In this document: positions 1-12,044 of the stretch, piece by piece
How positions within the stretch are numbered: the stretch's first letter is position 1
Layout: every line of letters starts with the position of its first letter
Assembly: GCF_000155895.1 (NCBI RefSeq)
Contig: NZ_DS995298.1
Span: 1,350,001-1,382,000 of the forward strand
DNA from: Candidatus Pelagibacter sp. HTCC7211
GTDB lineage: Bacteria; Pseudomonadota; Alphaproteobacteria; Pelagibacterales; Pelagibacteraceae
Direction: 5' to 3'
DNA: 32,000 bases
The notes under the pieces: generated by a model
The model's database searches: none
What the model was told of the DNA's origin: nothing
Seen by the model: the letters and a program-made list of their open reading frames with translations, nothing else
Program-made: the position numbers and the translations under genes

Positions 1-475
1 ATCCAAATACCCCTCCAATTAAAGAGTTGATATAATTTGGAAATAGTTCATTTAAATTTGGATCAAAAGACTTTATGAAACCTATAAACATTAATGGAAA
101 AGTAAGACCATTTGGAATTATATAATGTTTTAAATCAATAAAAAAAATTATAATAAATGTTAAGGCTAAAATTATAAACAACAGCGTTGTAATCGTTATT
201 CCATAAAAAAAGTAAGCTATAACGAAAGATAAAACACTTAAAAGTTCAACAATTAGATATTGTATTGATATTTGCTTTTTACATTTCCTACATTTTCCTT
301 GAATAAACAAATAAGATAGAATTGGTATATTATCATACCAAGAAATTTGTGTTTTACATTTAGGACAGTACGATCTACCAGAAACAACCCCTTTATCTTG
401 AGGAAGTCTATAAATACAAACATTGGCAAAACTTCCCCAAAGTCCTCCCATTACAATGATGAAAATAAAATCCAC
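1..475 (-). CDS. pilD: Prepilin (type IV leader) peptidase / N-methyltransferase, A24 family; N-terminal part only, gene runs off the left window edge
   Basis: Absent from the ORF track because there is no stop in the window. My minus-strand translation from GTG at 475 (alternative ATG at 451) reads VDFIFIIVMGGLWGSFANVCIYRLPQDKGVVSGRSYCPKCKTQISWYDNIPILSYLFIQGKCRKCKKQISIQYLIVELLSV...IIFFIDLKHYIIPNGLTFPLMF. The paired CPxC / CRxC motifs, WYDNIP..SY and the IDxxxxxIP Asp context are PilD hallmarks. An in-frame stop lies at 500-502. Confidence 0.8.
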   Translation of the reverse strand, partial: MDFIFIIVMGGLWGSFANVCIYRLPQDKGVVSGRSYCPKCKTQISWYDNIPILSYLFIQGKCRKCKKQISIQYLIVELLSVLSFVIAYFFYGITITTLLFIILALTFIIIFFIDLKHYIIPNGLTFPLMFIGFIKSFDPNLNELFPNYINSLIGGVFG

Positions 476-491
476 TGAAGAAATAATATTT

Positions 492-521
492 ATTATATTT
501 TAAATTGGCCCGCTATTTCAA
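492..521 (-). promoter_or_regulatory. Putative sigma70-type promoter for pilD (TTGAAA-N18-TATAAT on minus strand)
   Basis: On the minus strand, TTGAAA is at 521-516, followed by an 18-nt spacer and TATAAT at 497-492, about 17 nt upstream of the GTG at 475. Hexamer match only, in an AT-rich background. Confidence 0.3.
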
Positions 522-607
522 TGAAACCGTTTAATAACATTTGCACCACAACTACTGCGTCATGTAAATGAACATACAAATTTGGCGTATATAATATGAT
601 TTCCATA

Positions 608-638
608 TTTGATAAATTTATCAAAAACAGGTTAAAAT
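608..638 (+). promoter_or_regulatory. Putative promoter (TTGATA-N18-TAAAAT) overlapped by an 18-bp perfect palindrome TTTGATAAATTTATCAAA
   Basis: TTGATA is at 609-614 and TAAAAT at 633-638, with the ATG at 652. The palindrome at 608-625 was verified by reverse-complementing its half-site (TTTGATAAA / TTTATCAAA). Confidence 0.3.
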
Positions 639-651
639 ACTAGCTAATAAA

Positions 652-1944
652 ATGCTCTTTTTTAAAACAAAAAAACCCATTCTAAATGAAATAAGAAATG
701 AGGCTCAAGATAACGTTGACTTACAAATTATAAATAAAATGAATCAAGAGTTTGCAATTTCTCTTGATTTAAAAGAAACCTTAAATACAGCGCTTAAGAT
801 AATTATTACGAGATTAAATGCACAAGCTGCAAATGTTTTTTTAATAAATAATAAAACAAAAAAATTTGAATGTATTGCATCTCTTAATCAAGAACACTTA
901 GATGAATATCAGCTTGAATTAAAAGATGGCGTGATGGGTAGAGCAGTTGACCAAAGAAAATGTATCCGTGTTGGAAATGTTAGAAAAGATGTAAGAGAAA
1001 TAGCTGAATTTTATTTTGATCTAGATAATAAAACAAATTTTACAACTTATTCTGTATTATGTTCACCACTGATAGCTGCAAATGATTGTATTGGAGTTAT
1101 TCATTGTTTAAATAAAAAAACGGATGAAAAATTATTTATCGAAGATGATCGAAAACTTTTAGAACTATTATCTACTCCTGCTGCTCTTGCAATAAGAAAT
1201 GCGAAAATGGCTCAAGAAATGGTTGAGCAAAACAAGATTCAAAAAGAAGTTGAAATTGTTGGTGAAATCCAAAAATCTCTTTTATCTTCAAACAAAAAAG
1301 AACCTTTTCCGTTAGCAGGAATTAATATTCCTGCAAAAGTTGTGTCTGGAGATTTTTATAATTTTAATGACTTAGGTGAAGGAAAATATGGATTTGGTGT
1401 GGCTGATGTATCCGGTAAAGGAATAAAGTCATCGTTGTTAATGTCAAAAGCTTCAAGTTTATATAGCTGCTTAAGTAAAACAAATTTTTCACCAGGCAAT
1501 TTGCTCACTCAATTAAATAATGAAATATGTGAAACAATTTCAAGAGGAATGTTTGTAACTATGTTAATTGGAATTTATGATAGTAATTCAAATGAACTGT
1601 TGTTAGCTAATGCTGGTCACGAACCACCCATTATCATGGATAAAGATAATAATTTTTCAAATTTTGAAGAAGCTGGACCTCCTTTAGGAATAATAGGAAA
1701 GACAGAATACAAAGAATATAAGATAAATTTTGAAAAAAGCTCAATGTATATTTTCACTGATGGTATTACTGAAATAAAAAATCCTGAAGGAAATGAATTA
1801 GGATCAAAAGGATTTCAAAATTATATTACTAAATTTAAGGATAAACCAAATAATGAAAGATTAAAATTAATCATTGATAATGTCTTGGGTTCTAAATATA
1901 TCCAGAAAGATGATTTAACAATCGTTGTCTTAGACTCTAAATAG
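652..1944 (+). CDS. GAF-domain / PP2C-type (SpoIIE/RsbU-like) serine phosphatase
   Basis: 430-aa ORF. The N-terminal half has a GAF-like pattern (..NVFLIN..MGRAV..IRVGNV..SVLCSPLI..IGVIHCLNK). The C-terminal half carries SpoIIE/PP2C metal-site motifs: SGDFYNF, GVADVSGKGIKSSLLMS, IFTDGITE, DDLTIVVL. Confidence 0.85.
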   Translation: MLFFKTKKPILNEIRNEAQDNVDLQIINKMNQEFAISLDLKETLNTALKIIITRLNAQAANVFLINNKTKKFECIASLNQEHLDEYQLELKDGVMGRAVDQRKCIRVGNVRKDVREIAEFYFDLDNKTNFTTYSVLCSPLIAANDCIGVIHCLNKKTDEKLFIEDDRKLLELLSTPAALAIRNAKMAQEMVEQNKIQKEVEIVGEIQKSLLSSNKKEPFPLAGINIPAKVVSGDFYNFNDLGEGKYGFGVADVSGKGIKSSLLMSKASSLYSCLSKTNFSPGNLLTQLNNEICETISRGMFVTMLIGIYDSNSNELLLANAGHEPPIIMDKDNNFSNFEEAGPPLGIIGKTEYKEYKINFEKSSMYIFTDGITEIKNPEGNELGSKGFQNYITKFKDKPNNERLKLIIDNVLGSKYIQKDDLTIVVLDSK

Positions 1945-1946
1945 TT

Positions 1947-3188
1947 TTAAGAAAATCTTAACGAACTATAAGGCTTAAGATCTAAATTCGTATTTTCATT
2001 TGCTATCATTCCAGAGACGATTTTTCCAGAAATAGGTCCCAAAGTCCACCCAAGATGATGATGTCCAAAGCAATAAAAAATATTTTTATAGTTTTTTGAA
2101 GGTCCCATTACTGGAAGAAAGTCTGGTAAAGATGGCCTAAAACCTAGCCATTCATCTTCATGTTCTGGTAAATCATCCAGCATATATTTAGCATTATCAA
2201 TCAAATTTCTTATTCTAGATTTTGATAATGGATTTTCTAACCCACCAAATTCAACTGTGCCAACCACTCTTAAACCTTGTTCCATTGGTGTAATTCCAAA
2301 TCCACGGTTAGAAAATATAACTGGTCTTTGTAATAAATGATCGCAATTTTTAAAATGAACATGGTAACCTCTTTCAGTATCAAGAGGTATTTTTTCACCC
2401 ATATTATCTGTTAATTTTTTTGAAAATGCTCCACAAGCAATTACAGCTTTATCAAAAATAAAACTTTGATTTTCAGTTTTAAATATAGGTTTTTCTTCAT
2501 CAAAATTTATTTCTTGAATATTTACTTTATTAAATTTTCCACCTTTTTTTATAAATAGATCAAAAAGTTTCAAAAGAATTTTTTTAGGATTTCTAGCATG
2601 TCTTGCATAAGGATAATAAACACCAGCATGATATATAGGTTTTATATGTGGTTCTAAATCATGAATTTCAGATTTATTGACTAGCTGTTGATTTACTCCC
2701 AATTCATCCCTAACTTTAATTTCCAATTCCCTACTTTTTAAATCTTTATCATTCCATATATAAAGAATACCCTTGTTTTCAACTAAACCATCTAGTTCAA
2801 TCTCATCAAATAACTCATCATAAGCAGGAAGTGCTAAATCTAAAATCTGATGCATATTTTTTGCTGTATGCATCATATTTTTTTTCGTTGAATTCATAAT
2901 AAATTTTAAAAACCATGGGATCATTTTTGGTACATAGTTCCATTTTAAAGCAAGAGGACCTGTTGAGCTTAAAAGCATTGCAGGTATATCAGCTAAAACA
3001 TCTGGTCTATTTAAAGGAACAGAGGCATAAGGTGAAAAATGACCTGCGTTTCCATAAGATGCAGCCTGTGCTCCTGGATTATCTCTATCAAATATAGTTA
3101 CGTTAAATCCTTTTTTTTGTAAAAACAAAGCATTAGATATACCTTGAATTCCAGCACCAATAATTCCAACTTTAATATTTTTATCCAC
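1947..3188 (-). CDS. FAD-dependent oxidoreductase, D-amino-acid dehydrogenase (DadA/DAO) family
   Basis: 413-aa ORF with a GTG start. It has an N-terminal Rossmann motif (VGIIGAGIQG) and a C-terminal GFRPSLPDFLPVMG...FGHHHLGWTLGPISGKIVSGMI...YSSLRFS that parallels E. coli DadA (GLRPMTPDGTPVVG...GHGTLGWTMACGSG...SVARYS). Substrate unknown. Confidence 0.75.
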   Translation of the reverse strand: MDKNIKVGIIGAGIQGISNALFLQKKGFNVTIFDRDNPGAQAASYGNAGHFSPYASVPLNRPDVLADIPAMLLSSTGPLALKWNYVPKMIPWFLKFIMNSTKKNMMHTAKNMHQILDLALPAYDELFDEIELDGLVENKGILYIWNDKDLKSRELEIKVRDELGVNQQLVNKSEIHDLEPHIKPIYHAGVYYPYARHARNPKKILLKLFDLFIKKGGKFNKVNIQEINFDEEKPIFKTENQSFIFDKAVIACGAFSKKLTDNMGEKIPLDTERGYHVHFKNCDHLLQRPVIFSNRGFGITPMEQGLRVVGTVEFGGLENPLSKSRIRNLIDNAKYMLDDLPEHEDEWLGFRPSLPDFLPVMGPSKNYKNIFYCFGHHHLGWTLGPISGKIVSGMIANENTNLDLKPYSSLRFS

Positions 3189-3246
3189 CAGTGATCTTAT
3201 ATTTAAATATCAAAGATTTAATAGTGACATTTTTTACTCAGCTACA

Positions 3247-4371
3247 TTATGCAATTACTTGTTTGCTATGGATTTTTGCACTAAGGACAATACCAAAACC
3301 AACCATGGTTGCTAACATAGAAGAGCCACCATACGACATAATAGGTAACGGAGATCCAACAATAGGTAATAAACCTAATACCATTGATAAGTTGACTGTA
3401 ATATAAATAAATATTGCAAATGCAAAACCGAAACAAAATAATTTTGCAAAAATACTTCGTGAAAGTGTACCTATTCTTACTATTCTTATGATTATAATTG
3501 TATATAATAATAAAAGTCCTATCGAACCAATAAAACCAAATTCTTCTGAAAATAAAGTAAAAATAAAATCAGTATGTTTTTCAGGAAGAAAATCTAAATA
3601 ACTTTGAGTACCTTGCAAAAAGCCTTTGCCTGAAAACCCTCCAGATCCTATAGCGATTTTGGATTGGATAATTTGATAACCTGCTCCTAACGGATCTCTA
3701 TCAGGGTCTAAAAAGGTTAAAATTCTTAGTTTTTGATATGGCTGAAGGTACGAAATGATAAAAGGTAATGAAATCAAAAATGTTATCAATGATACAAAAA
3801 AATATTTTATCTTAACTCCCCCAAGCCATAATATAATCAATCCACTACAAGCAATTAATACCGAAGTTCCCAAATCTGGTTGGGATAAAACTAAAATAAT
3901 TGGTATAATGATTATAGTAAGTGCAAATGAAATACCGACAAATGAATTTACTTTTTCAATATTTATTCGATGATAATATTTTGCAAGACATAGAATAACT
4001 GCAATTTTCATCAACTCTGATGGTTGTAATACTAAAAAGTATAAATTTATCCATCTTTGAGAGCCTGATACCCTAATGCCATAAAAAGATACCCAAATTA
4101 ATAATACGATTGTAGCAATATATAAAAAATATGAACTGATATGCCAAAGTTTAATATTAAAAAAAGAAATCACTAACATCAAAACAAAAAATACAGATAA
4201 TTTAATTAAATGACTTTTGGTATGAAAAAGAAATTCACCTCCATCTGTAGAATACATAATAAATAAACTAACTATTGACAAGGTCAGGATACAAAATATT
4301 AAAATATAATCTAGGTTTTTAACTTTTTGAAAAAAACTTTGATCTGAATTTAATCGAGTGTGTTGAAACAT
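3247..4371 (-). CDS. rodA: Rod-shape-determining SEDS protein RodA (peptidoglycan glycosyltransferase)
   Basis: 374-aa polytopic membrane ORF of the FtsW/RodA/SpoVE family (..QPSELMKI.., DLGT, LPEKHTDFIF, GxxGLLPxxGxPLPxxSYGGSS). It directly abuts mrdA (TAA|ATG at 4372/4371). Confidence 0.9.
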   Translation of the reverse strand: MFQHTRLNSDQSFFQKVKNLDYILIFCILTLSIVSLFIMYSTDGGEFLFHTKSHLIKLSVFFVLMLVISFFNIKLWHISSYFLYIATIVLLIWVSFYGIRVSGSQRWINLYFLVLQPSELMKIAVILCLAKYYHRINIEKVNSFVGISFALTIIIIPIILVLSQPDLGTSVLIACSGLIILWLGGVKIKYFFVSLITFLISLPFIISYLQPYQKLRILTFLDPDRDPLGAGYQIIQSKIAIGSGGFSGKGFLQGTQSYLDFLPEKHTDFIFTLFSEEFGFIGSIGLLLLYTIIIIRIVRIGTLSRSIFAKLFCFGFAFAIFIYITVNLSMVLGLLPIVGSPLPIMSYGGSSMLATMVGFGIVLSAKIHSKQVIA

Positions 4372-6276
4372 TTAAATATTAAACTCTTTGTAATCTGGAA
4401 TTTGTTTTCTATACTGATGTCGATCAACTATTAATTTAAATAATTTAGTCGCCATTGGAGCTGCAGCTGAGCTACCTGATCCACCGTGTTCTACAATAAT
4501 ACTTAAAGAATATCTTGGATTTTTATAAGGACCGAATGCAACATATAATGCATGATCTCTTTCTTCATATGGAATTTGGAAAGTTTTTAAATCAAGTTCC
4601 CGCTCTCTTTTACTAATTCGTTTGACTTGTGCTGTACCTGTTTTACCAGCAAATTGATACTTAGGATCATCTATTCTTGATTTATAAGAAGTTCCATATA
4701 ATTCATTAGTAGAACTAAACATTGCTTCTTGAATAATTTTAATATTTTTTGGGTCATCATATAGTGGAATATTAAATTCATTTAAACTTGTGGTTTGCAT
4801 AGCTTTTTTTACTTGTTCTGATGTTAGCTGATTATCATCAGTTAAAATTTTAGGTTTAATTTTATAACCACCATTTGCTATTTGTGCTGTCATCAAACAA
4901 AGTTGTATAGGTGTTGTTTGAGTGTATCCTTGACCAATACCTGTGATTAAAGTTTCTCCCAATACCCAACCTTTACCAAGTTCATTTATTTTCCATTTAG
5001 TGTCAGGAAATTGACCTGCTTTTTCATTTTCAAAATATTCACCTAAAACTTTTTTTCCTAAACCAAATCTTTCTGCGGTCACTTTTAATTTATCTACACC
5101 AAGTTTTCTTGCAATTTCATAAAAATAAGTGTCACACGATTGTTTCATTGCATTATTTAAACTCATCCATCCATGTCCTTTTTCTTTCCAGCAATGAAAC
5201 GTTTGGCCATAGAGCTCCATTTTGCCTTTACATTTGACTTTAAAATTTGTATCGATTATCCCATTTTCTAAAGCTGATAAAGCAACTATAGGCTTTATTG
5301 TTGATCCAGGTGAGTAAAGTCCTGAAAGTGTCTTATTTATTAAGGGTTTAAGGGGATTATTTCTAATTAATTGCCATTCATCTTGACTGATACCAAATAA
5401 AAATGAATTAGGGTTATATGAAGGTGAAGAATACATCGCAATTACCTCTCCAGTGTAAATATCCATGACACTTATTGAACCAGCTTTACCATCCATCAAC
5501 TCAGCACATAATTTTTGAACTTCAGTATCGAGTGTTATACGAATTTTTGATCCTTGTTTGCCTTTTTGATACTCAAGTTGATTTATTCGCTTACCGTAAG
5601 CATTCACTTCATATCTTTGAATATCATTTACACCGATTAAGTCATTTTCTAGTGTTTTTTCTAATCCTAGCTTACCAATTTTTATTCCTGGTACAAATTT
5701 TTCCTGGATAACTTCATTTTCTAGAATATCATTTTCATTTGGTTGACTGACATAACCTAATACATGTGTATAGATATCATTAAAAGGATAGTCTCTAGAA
5801 ATTGTCATCACTGGTTTTACACCAACCAATTCATACAAATAATTATTTATTTTTGAGAATTGATCCCAACTTAAATTTTCAGAAACAACTAAACTTTCCC
5901 ATGGTTTTAATTGTTTTTTTTTCTTTTTAATTTTTTCAACTCTTTTATTACTTAAATTAAGAATTACTTTTAATCTTGAAATCAGATAATTAAAATTTTC
6001 AACTTGTTCTGGAATGACGTGCAATTGGTATACCTTTAAATTACCTGCAATGATGTTGCCAAAATAATCAACAATATTTCCTCTAGTTGGAGGTAACTTC
6101 CATTCTCTTATTCTGTTTTTGTCTGATAATGTTAAATATTTTTTATTGTCATTAATCTGAAGTGAAAATAATCTTGCAATTAATCCTCCAAAAATAATCA
6201 GTTTTGCCGCACCAATTATAAACATTCTTCGATTTATTATATCTGATTTTCTTATACCAAAATTTTTATTAATCAT
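4372..6276 (-). CDS. mrdA: Penicillin-binding protein 2 (elongasome transpeptidase)
   Basis: 634-aa ORF with an N-terminal membrane anchor and the class B PBP motifs STIKP (SxxK), SCD (SxD) and KTGTA (KTG). It sits between mreD and rodA. Confidence 0.9.
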   Translation of the reverse strand: MINKNFGIRKSDIINRRMFIIGAAKLIIFGGLIARLFSLQINDNKKYLTLSDKNRIREWKLPPTRGNIVDYFGNIIAGNLKVYQLHVIPEQVENFNYLISRLKVILNLSNKRVEKIKKKKKQLKPWESLVVSENLSWDQFSKINNYLYELVGVKPVMTISRDYPFNDIYTHVLGYVSQPNENDILENEVIQEKFVPGIKIGKLGLEKTLENDLIGVNDIQRYEVNAYGKRINQLEYQKGKQGSKIRITLDTEVQKLCAELMDGKAGSISVMDIYTGEVIAMYSSPSYNPNSFLFGISQDEWQLIRNNPLKPLINKTLSGLYSPGSTIKPIVALSALENGIIDTNFKVKCKGKMELYGQTFHCWKEKGHGWMSLNNAMKQSCDTYFYEIARKLGVDKLKVTAERFGLGKKVLGEYFENEKAGQFPDTKWKINELGKGWVLGETLITGIGQGYTQTTPIQLCLMTAQIANGGYKIKPKILTDDNQLTSEQVKKAMQTTSLNEFNIPLYDDPKNIKIIQEAMFSSTNELYGTSYKSRIDDPKYQFAGKTGTAQVKRISKRERELDLKTFQIPYEERDHALYVAFGPYKNPRYSLSIIVEHGGSGSSAAAPMATKLFKLIVDRHQYRKQIPDYKEFNI

Positions 6277-6787
6277 TTTTTTGAAATTTTATTCTTTTTT
6301 CAAGGGTGTTAAATATAAATAAAAATAAAGGGTAAAGAATAAAAGTAAATCCCGAGTTTATAAAATATTTCATATAACTTACCTCTATGGAAAATATTAA
6401 GTCTAAACTCATTACTTGAATAGAATTAATCAATAAAATCGTGAACAATAAAGATAACCAATCATTAATAAAGTTTGGTGTTAGAGTTATATTTCTTAAG
6501 TAAGCTGTTACTGCACAAATTAGCAAATAACAAAAACTACTTATGCCTATGGGAATTCCAATAACAACATCATTAATTAGTCCTGCAATAAATATAGATC
6601 CATAGCTCAAGTAATAAGGGTTTTTTAAAGTCCAGTAAAATATTAATACATGTGCAAAATTAAATGAAAAATATTCAATTGCTAAAAAATTTAAGTCTAT
6701 TTCATTTAAAACAGATAAAAATAATATTAATGTTGGAAAATAAAACATTAAAGATTTTAAAAAAGTATTTTTATTTAGAGAGGACAT
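6269..6787 (-). CDS. mreD: Rod-shape-determining protein MreD
   Basis: 172-aa hydrophobic ORF immediately after mreC, with a GLINDVVIGIPIG motif typical of MreD. The start overlaps the mreC stop (TAATG) and the stop overlaps the mrdA start by 8 nt. Confidence 0.75.
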   Translation of the reverse strand: MSSLNKNTFLKSLMFYFPTLILFLSVLNEIDLNFLAIEYFSFNFAHVLIFYWTLKNPYYLSYGSIFIAGLINDVVIGIPIGISSFCYLLICAVTAYLRNITLTPNFINDWLSLLFTILLINSIQVMSLDLIFSIEVSYMKYFINSGFTFILYPLFLFIFNTLEKRIKFQKND

Positions 6788-7644
6788 TAGTTGTTACTCT
6801 CCATTTCATAAGAAACTATTTTTACATAATCTAATTGTCTAAAATCTGAAAAAAAATTAATTTCATTTTTATTTTCTTTTTTGTAGTTATTTATTTTACC
6901 AACAGGTAATCCTGATTTAAATAAACCTCCATAGCCAGATGTATAAACAATTATATCTGTGTCATTCAATTCTTGATTATATTCTTCTTTTGTGAACTCA
7001 ATTACACCATAATTCTTTCCCGTCCCTGATAAAACTGCATGAATACCAGCTGGCTCCAACAATACAGGAATTTTACTATTTAAGTCTGAAAGAAGTAATG
7101 CTCTTGAATTTGTATAGTTTACCTCAATGATTTTACCTACCAAATAGACATCATCAATAATAGCCATTCCCAACTTAACATTATTTTTGGATCCCTTATT
7201 TAAAACAATTGATTTCAAGTAAGGGCTGTCTTTATCAACTAAAACTTTAGCATAGATATCTTTTGACTGAATAGTTTCATTAATTAATTCTCTAAGCCTA
7301 TTATTCTCCAAAATTAAAAAATCATTGTTAAGCTTTTTTTTCTTTAATTCAATTAAATCTGTTTCAATTTTGATATAATTGTCATAAAGATTTAAATGAT
7401 CTTTTAATTGAAGACTCAATTTTTTTATATAGTTTTCCGGAATAGATATAATAAATGAAGATCGATAAATAACTTCATTAATTCCAATCTTTACATATTG
7501 AATCGGTTTGAAATTAATACTTCCTAATACAATTATTATTATAGAGGAAAATATTAATGTTAATAATGAAAACTTTTGTTGATAACTTTTTTTTAAAAAA
7601 GCAGATCTAATTGCAATTACAAAATCATCTCTGCTCGAAGCCAT
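6787..7644 (-). CDS. mreC: Rod-shape-determining protein MreC
   Basis: 285-aa ORF with a single N-terminal TM segment, a coiled-coil stretch and a beta-rich C-terminus (..VLLSDLNSKIPV..GxGxxxxxxE..). It lies in the mreB-mreC-mreD order. Confidence 0.85.
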   Translation of the reverse strand: MASSRDDFVIAIRSAFLKKSYQQKFSLLTLIFSSIIIIVLGSINFKPIQYVKIGINEVIYRSSFIISIPENYIKKLSLQLKDHLNLYDNYIKIETDLIELKKKKLNNDFLILENNRLRELINETIQSKDIYAKVLVDKDSPYLKSIVLNKGSKNNVKLGMAIIDDVYLVGKIIEVNYTNSRALLLSDLNSKIPVLLEPAGIHAVLSGTGKNYGVIEFTKEEYNQELNDTDIIVYTSGYGGLFKSGLPVGKINNYKKENKNEINFFSDFRQLDYVKIVSYEMESNN

Positions 7645-7649
7645 TAATC

Positions 7650-10261
<2,612 letters not shown>

Positions 10262-10282
10262 TGCTAAATTTTTTGAAAATCC

Positions 10283-10310
10283 ATAATACAATCTATAAGA
10301 GAGATTGCAA
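10283..10310 (-). promoter_or_regulatory. Putative promoter for leuA-mre-mrdA-rodA (TTGCAA-N16-TATTAT on minus strand)
   Basis: On the minus strand, TTGCAA is at 10310-10305 and TATTAT at 10288-10283, about 20 nt upstream of the leuA ATG at 10261. Hexamer match only. Confidence 0.3.
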
Positions 10311-10361
10311 AATAATTAGTAAAATTAGTATTAAAAAATGCAGATTCTAGTTATGTTAAAT

Positions 10362-12044
10362 TTAATTGTAAATAGACTCTATTTTAGGCATTAAGCGTAG
10401 AAGTTCTTTAGTGTAATCGTGTTGTGGTTTCAAAAAAAGGTCTTCTGTATCCGTAACTTCACATAATCTACCATCTTTTAAAACTCCTATTCTATCGCAC
10501 ATTTGTCTTACAACTGGTAAGTCATGACTTATAAATAGAATTGTTAAATTTAATTGTTCTTGAAGATCCTTAAGTAAATTTAAAATTTGAGCTTGAATAC
10601 TTACGTCTAAAGCAGATGTTGGTTCATCACATACTAAAAGTCTCGGTTGAGTTGCAAGGGCTCTTGCAATTGATATTCTTTGTCTTTGTCCACCAGAAAA
10701 TTCATGAGGATATCGATCAGCAGATTTTTGTGAAAGCTCAACAGACTCTAATAAATCAAAAATATAATTATTTAAATCACCACTTGATATTGAAGGATTG
10801 TGAAGTTTAATTGGTTCTGAAATTATATCTTTTACTTTTAATCTTCCGTTTAAAGAAGAATAAGGGTCTTGAAAAATCATTTGTATTTGTTTTCTAAATT
10901 TCATCATCTCTGATTTTTCTTTTATTTTTGTTATACAAATATTATCAAAAAATATATCTCCTGAAGAAGGTTTGAATAAATTTACTATCATTTTTGCAAT
11001 TGTTGATTTTCCACTTCCACTTTCACCGACTAAACCAAATGACTCACCTTCTTTAATTTCAAATGAGATATTATCAACAGCCATTACTGAATTTTTTGAG
11101 CTTTCAGTAAAAAAATTATCATCAAAACTTTTACTTAGATTTTTTATTTGAACTAAATCCTGTTCAACAATTTCTTTTTTATTCCATCTGTTTAAAATTT
11201 TTAAATTATTTTCCTGATTATTTTTATTTTCTTTTTCAACAATTACAAATCTAGAAATCTTTTTATTGGTAGGTGGTACAGAACTTACTAAACTTTTAGT
11301 GTATCTCTCTTTTGGTTTAGTTAATATTTCTTTTGTTAAACCGATTTCGACTAAATTACCACTTTTCATTACTGCTACTCTATCGGCTGTCTCAGCAATT
11401 ACTCCCATATCATGAGTGATTAAAATTACAGCTAAATTTCTCTCTTTTGTAAGTTTTTTTATTAAATCAAGGATTTGTGATTGAATTGAAACATCTAAAG
11501 CAGTAGTTGGTTCATCAGCAATTAACAATTCAGGTTCACAACATAATGCTAGTGAAATTACAACTCTCTGTCTCATACCCCCTGAGAACTGATGTGGATA
11601 GTTATTAAATCTTTTCTCTGCGTCTTTAATTCCAACTTCTTTTAAAAGACCAATTGATTTAATTTTTGCTTCTTCTTTTGTAAGATCCAAATGTGTTTGT
11701 ATGGTCTCTATTAATTGTTCACCAATTGTAAGTATTGGGTTAAGAGAGGTTTGAGGATCTTGAAATATAAGCCCAACTTTTTTACCTCTATATTTAATGA
11801 TATTTGATGGATCTTGATGAATGTCTAAATCACCTAACATTACTGAACCACTTGATACTTTACCAGGCACATCTATTAGATTTATAATTGCATTTCCAAC
11901 TGTACTTTTTCCTGATCCAGACTCGCCAACTAAACCTAATATTTCCCCTTTATTTACTTCAATATTTACTCCTTTAGCAGCATGAACAGTTTCTTTTCTC
12001 ATAGGATAATCAACGCTAAGGTTTTTAATTTTTAGAAAACTCAT
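10362..12044 (-). CDS. ABC transporter ATP-binding protein with two fused ATPase domains (DppD/DppF-type fusion, as in YejF/GsiA)
   Basis: There are two Walker A motifs (GESGSGKST, twice), two ABC signatures (FSGGMRQR, FSGGQRQR) and two Walker B motifs (LLIADEPT, LLVCDEPT). I place the start at ATG 12044 (MSFLKIKNLSV), which forms an ATGA overlap with the upstream permease stop. The track start at 12080 lies inside the permease gene. Confidence 0.9.
   Translation of the reverse strand: MSFLKIKNLSVDYPMRKETVHAAKGVNIEVNKGEILGLVGESGSGKSTVGNAIINLIDVPGKVSSGSVMLGDLDIHQDPSNIIKYRGKKVGLIFQDPQTSLNPILTIGEQLIETIQTHLDLTKEEAKIKSIGLLKEVGIKDAEKRFNNYPHQFSGGMRQRVVISLALCCEPELLIADEPTTALDVSIQSQILDLIKKLTKERNLAVILITHDMGVIAETADRVAVMKSGNLVEIGLTKEILTKPKERYTKSLVSSVPPTNKKISRFVIVEKENKNNQENNLKILNRWNKKEIVEQDLVQIKNLSKSFDDNFFTESSKNSVMAVDNISFEIKEGESFGLVGESGSGKSTIAKMIVNLFKPSSGDIFFDNICITKIKEKSEMMKFRKQIQMIFQDPYSSLNGRLKVKDIISEPIKLHNPSISSGDLNNYIFDLLESVELSQKSADRYPHEFSGGQRQRISIARALATQPRLLVCDEPTSALDVSIQAQILNLLKDLQEQLNLTILFISHDLPVVRQMCDRIGVLKDGRLCEVTDTEDLFLKPQHDYTKELLRLMPKIESIYN

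Noticed and set aside
10262-10291. TTG-initiated leuA extension, and a 6-codon mini-ORF (ATG GAT TTT CAA AAA ATT TAG, minus strand) considered as a possible leucine leader peptide or attenuator
   Set aside because: The mini-ORF contains no Leu codons and there is no terminator/antiterminator pair downstream. The extension is unconserved and overlaps the putative promoter.
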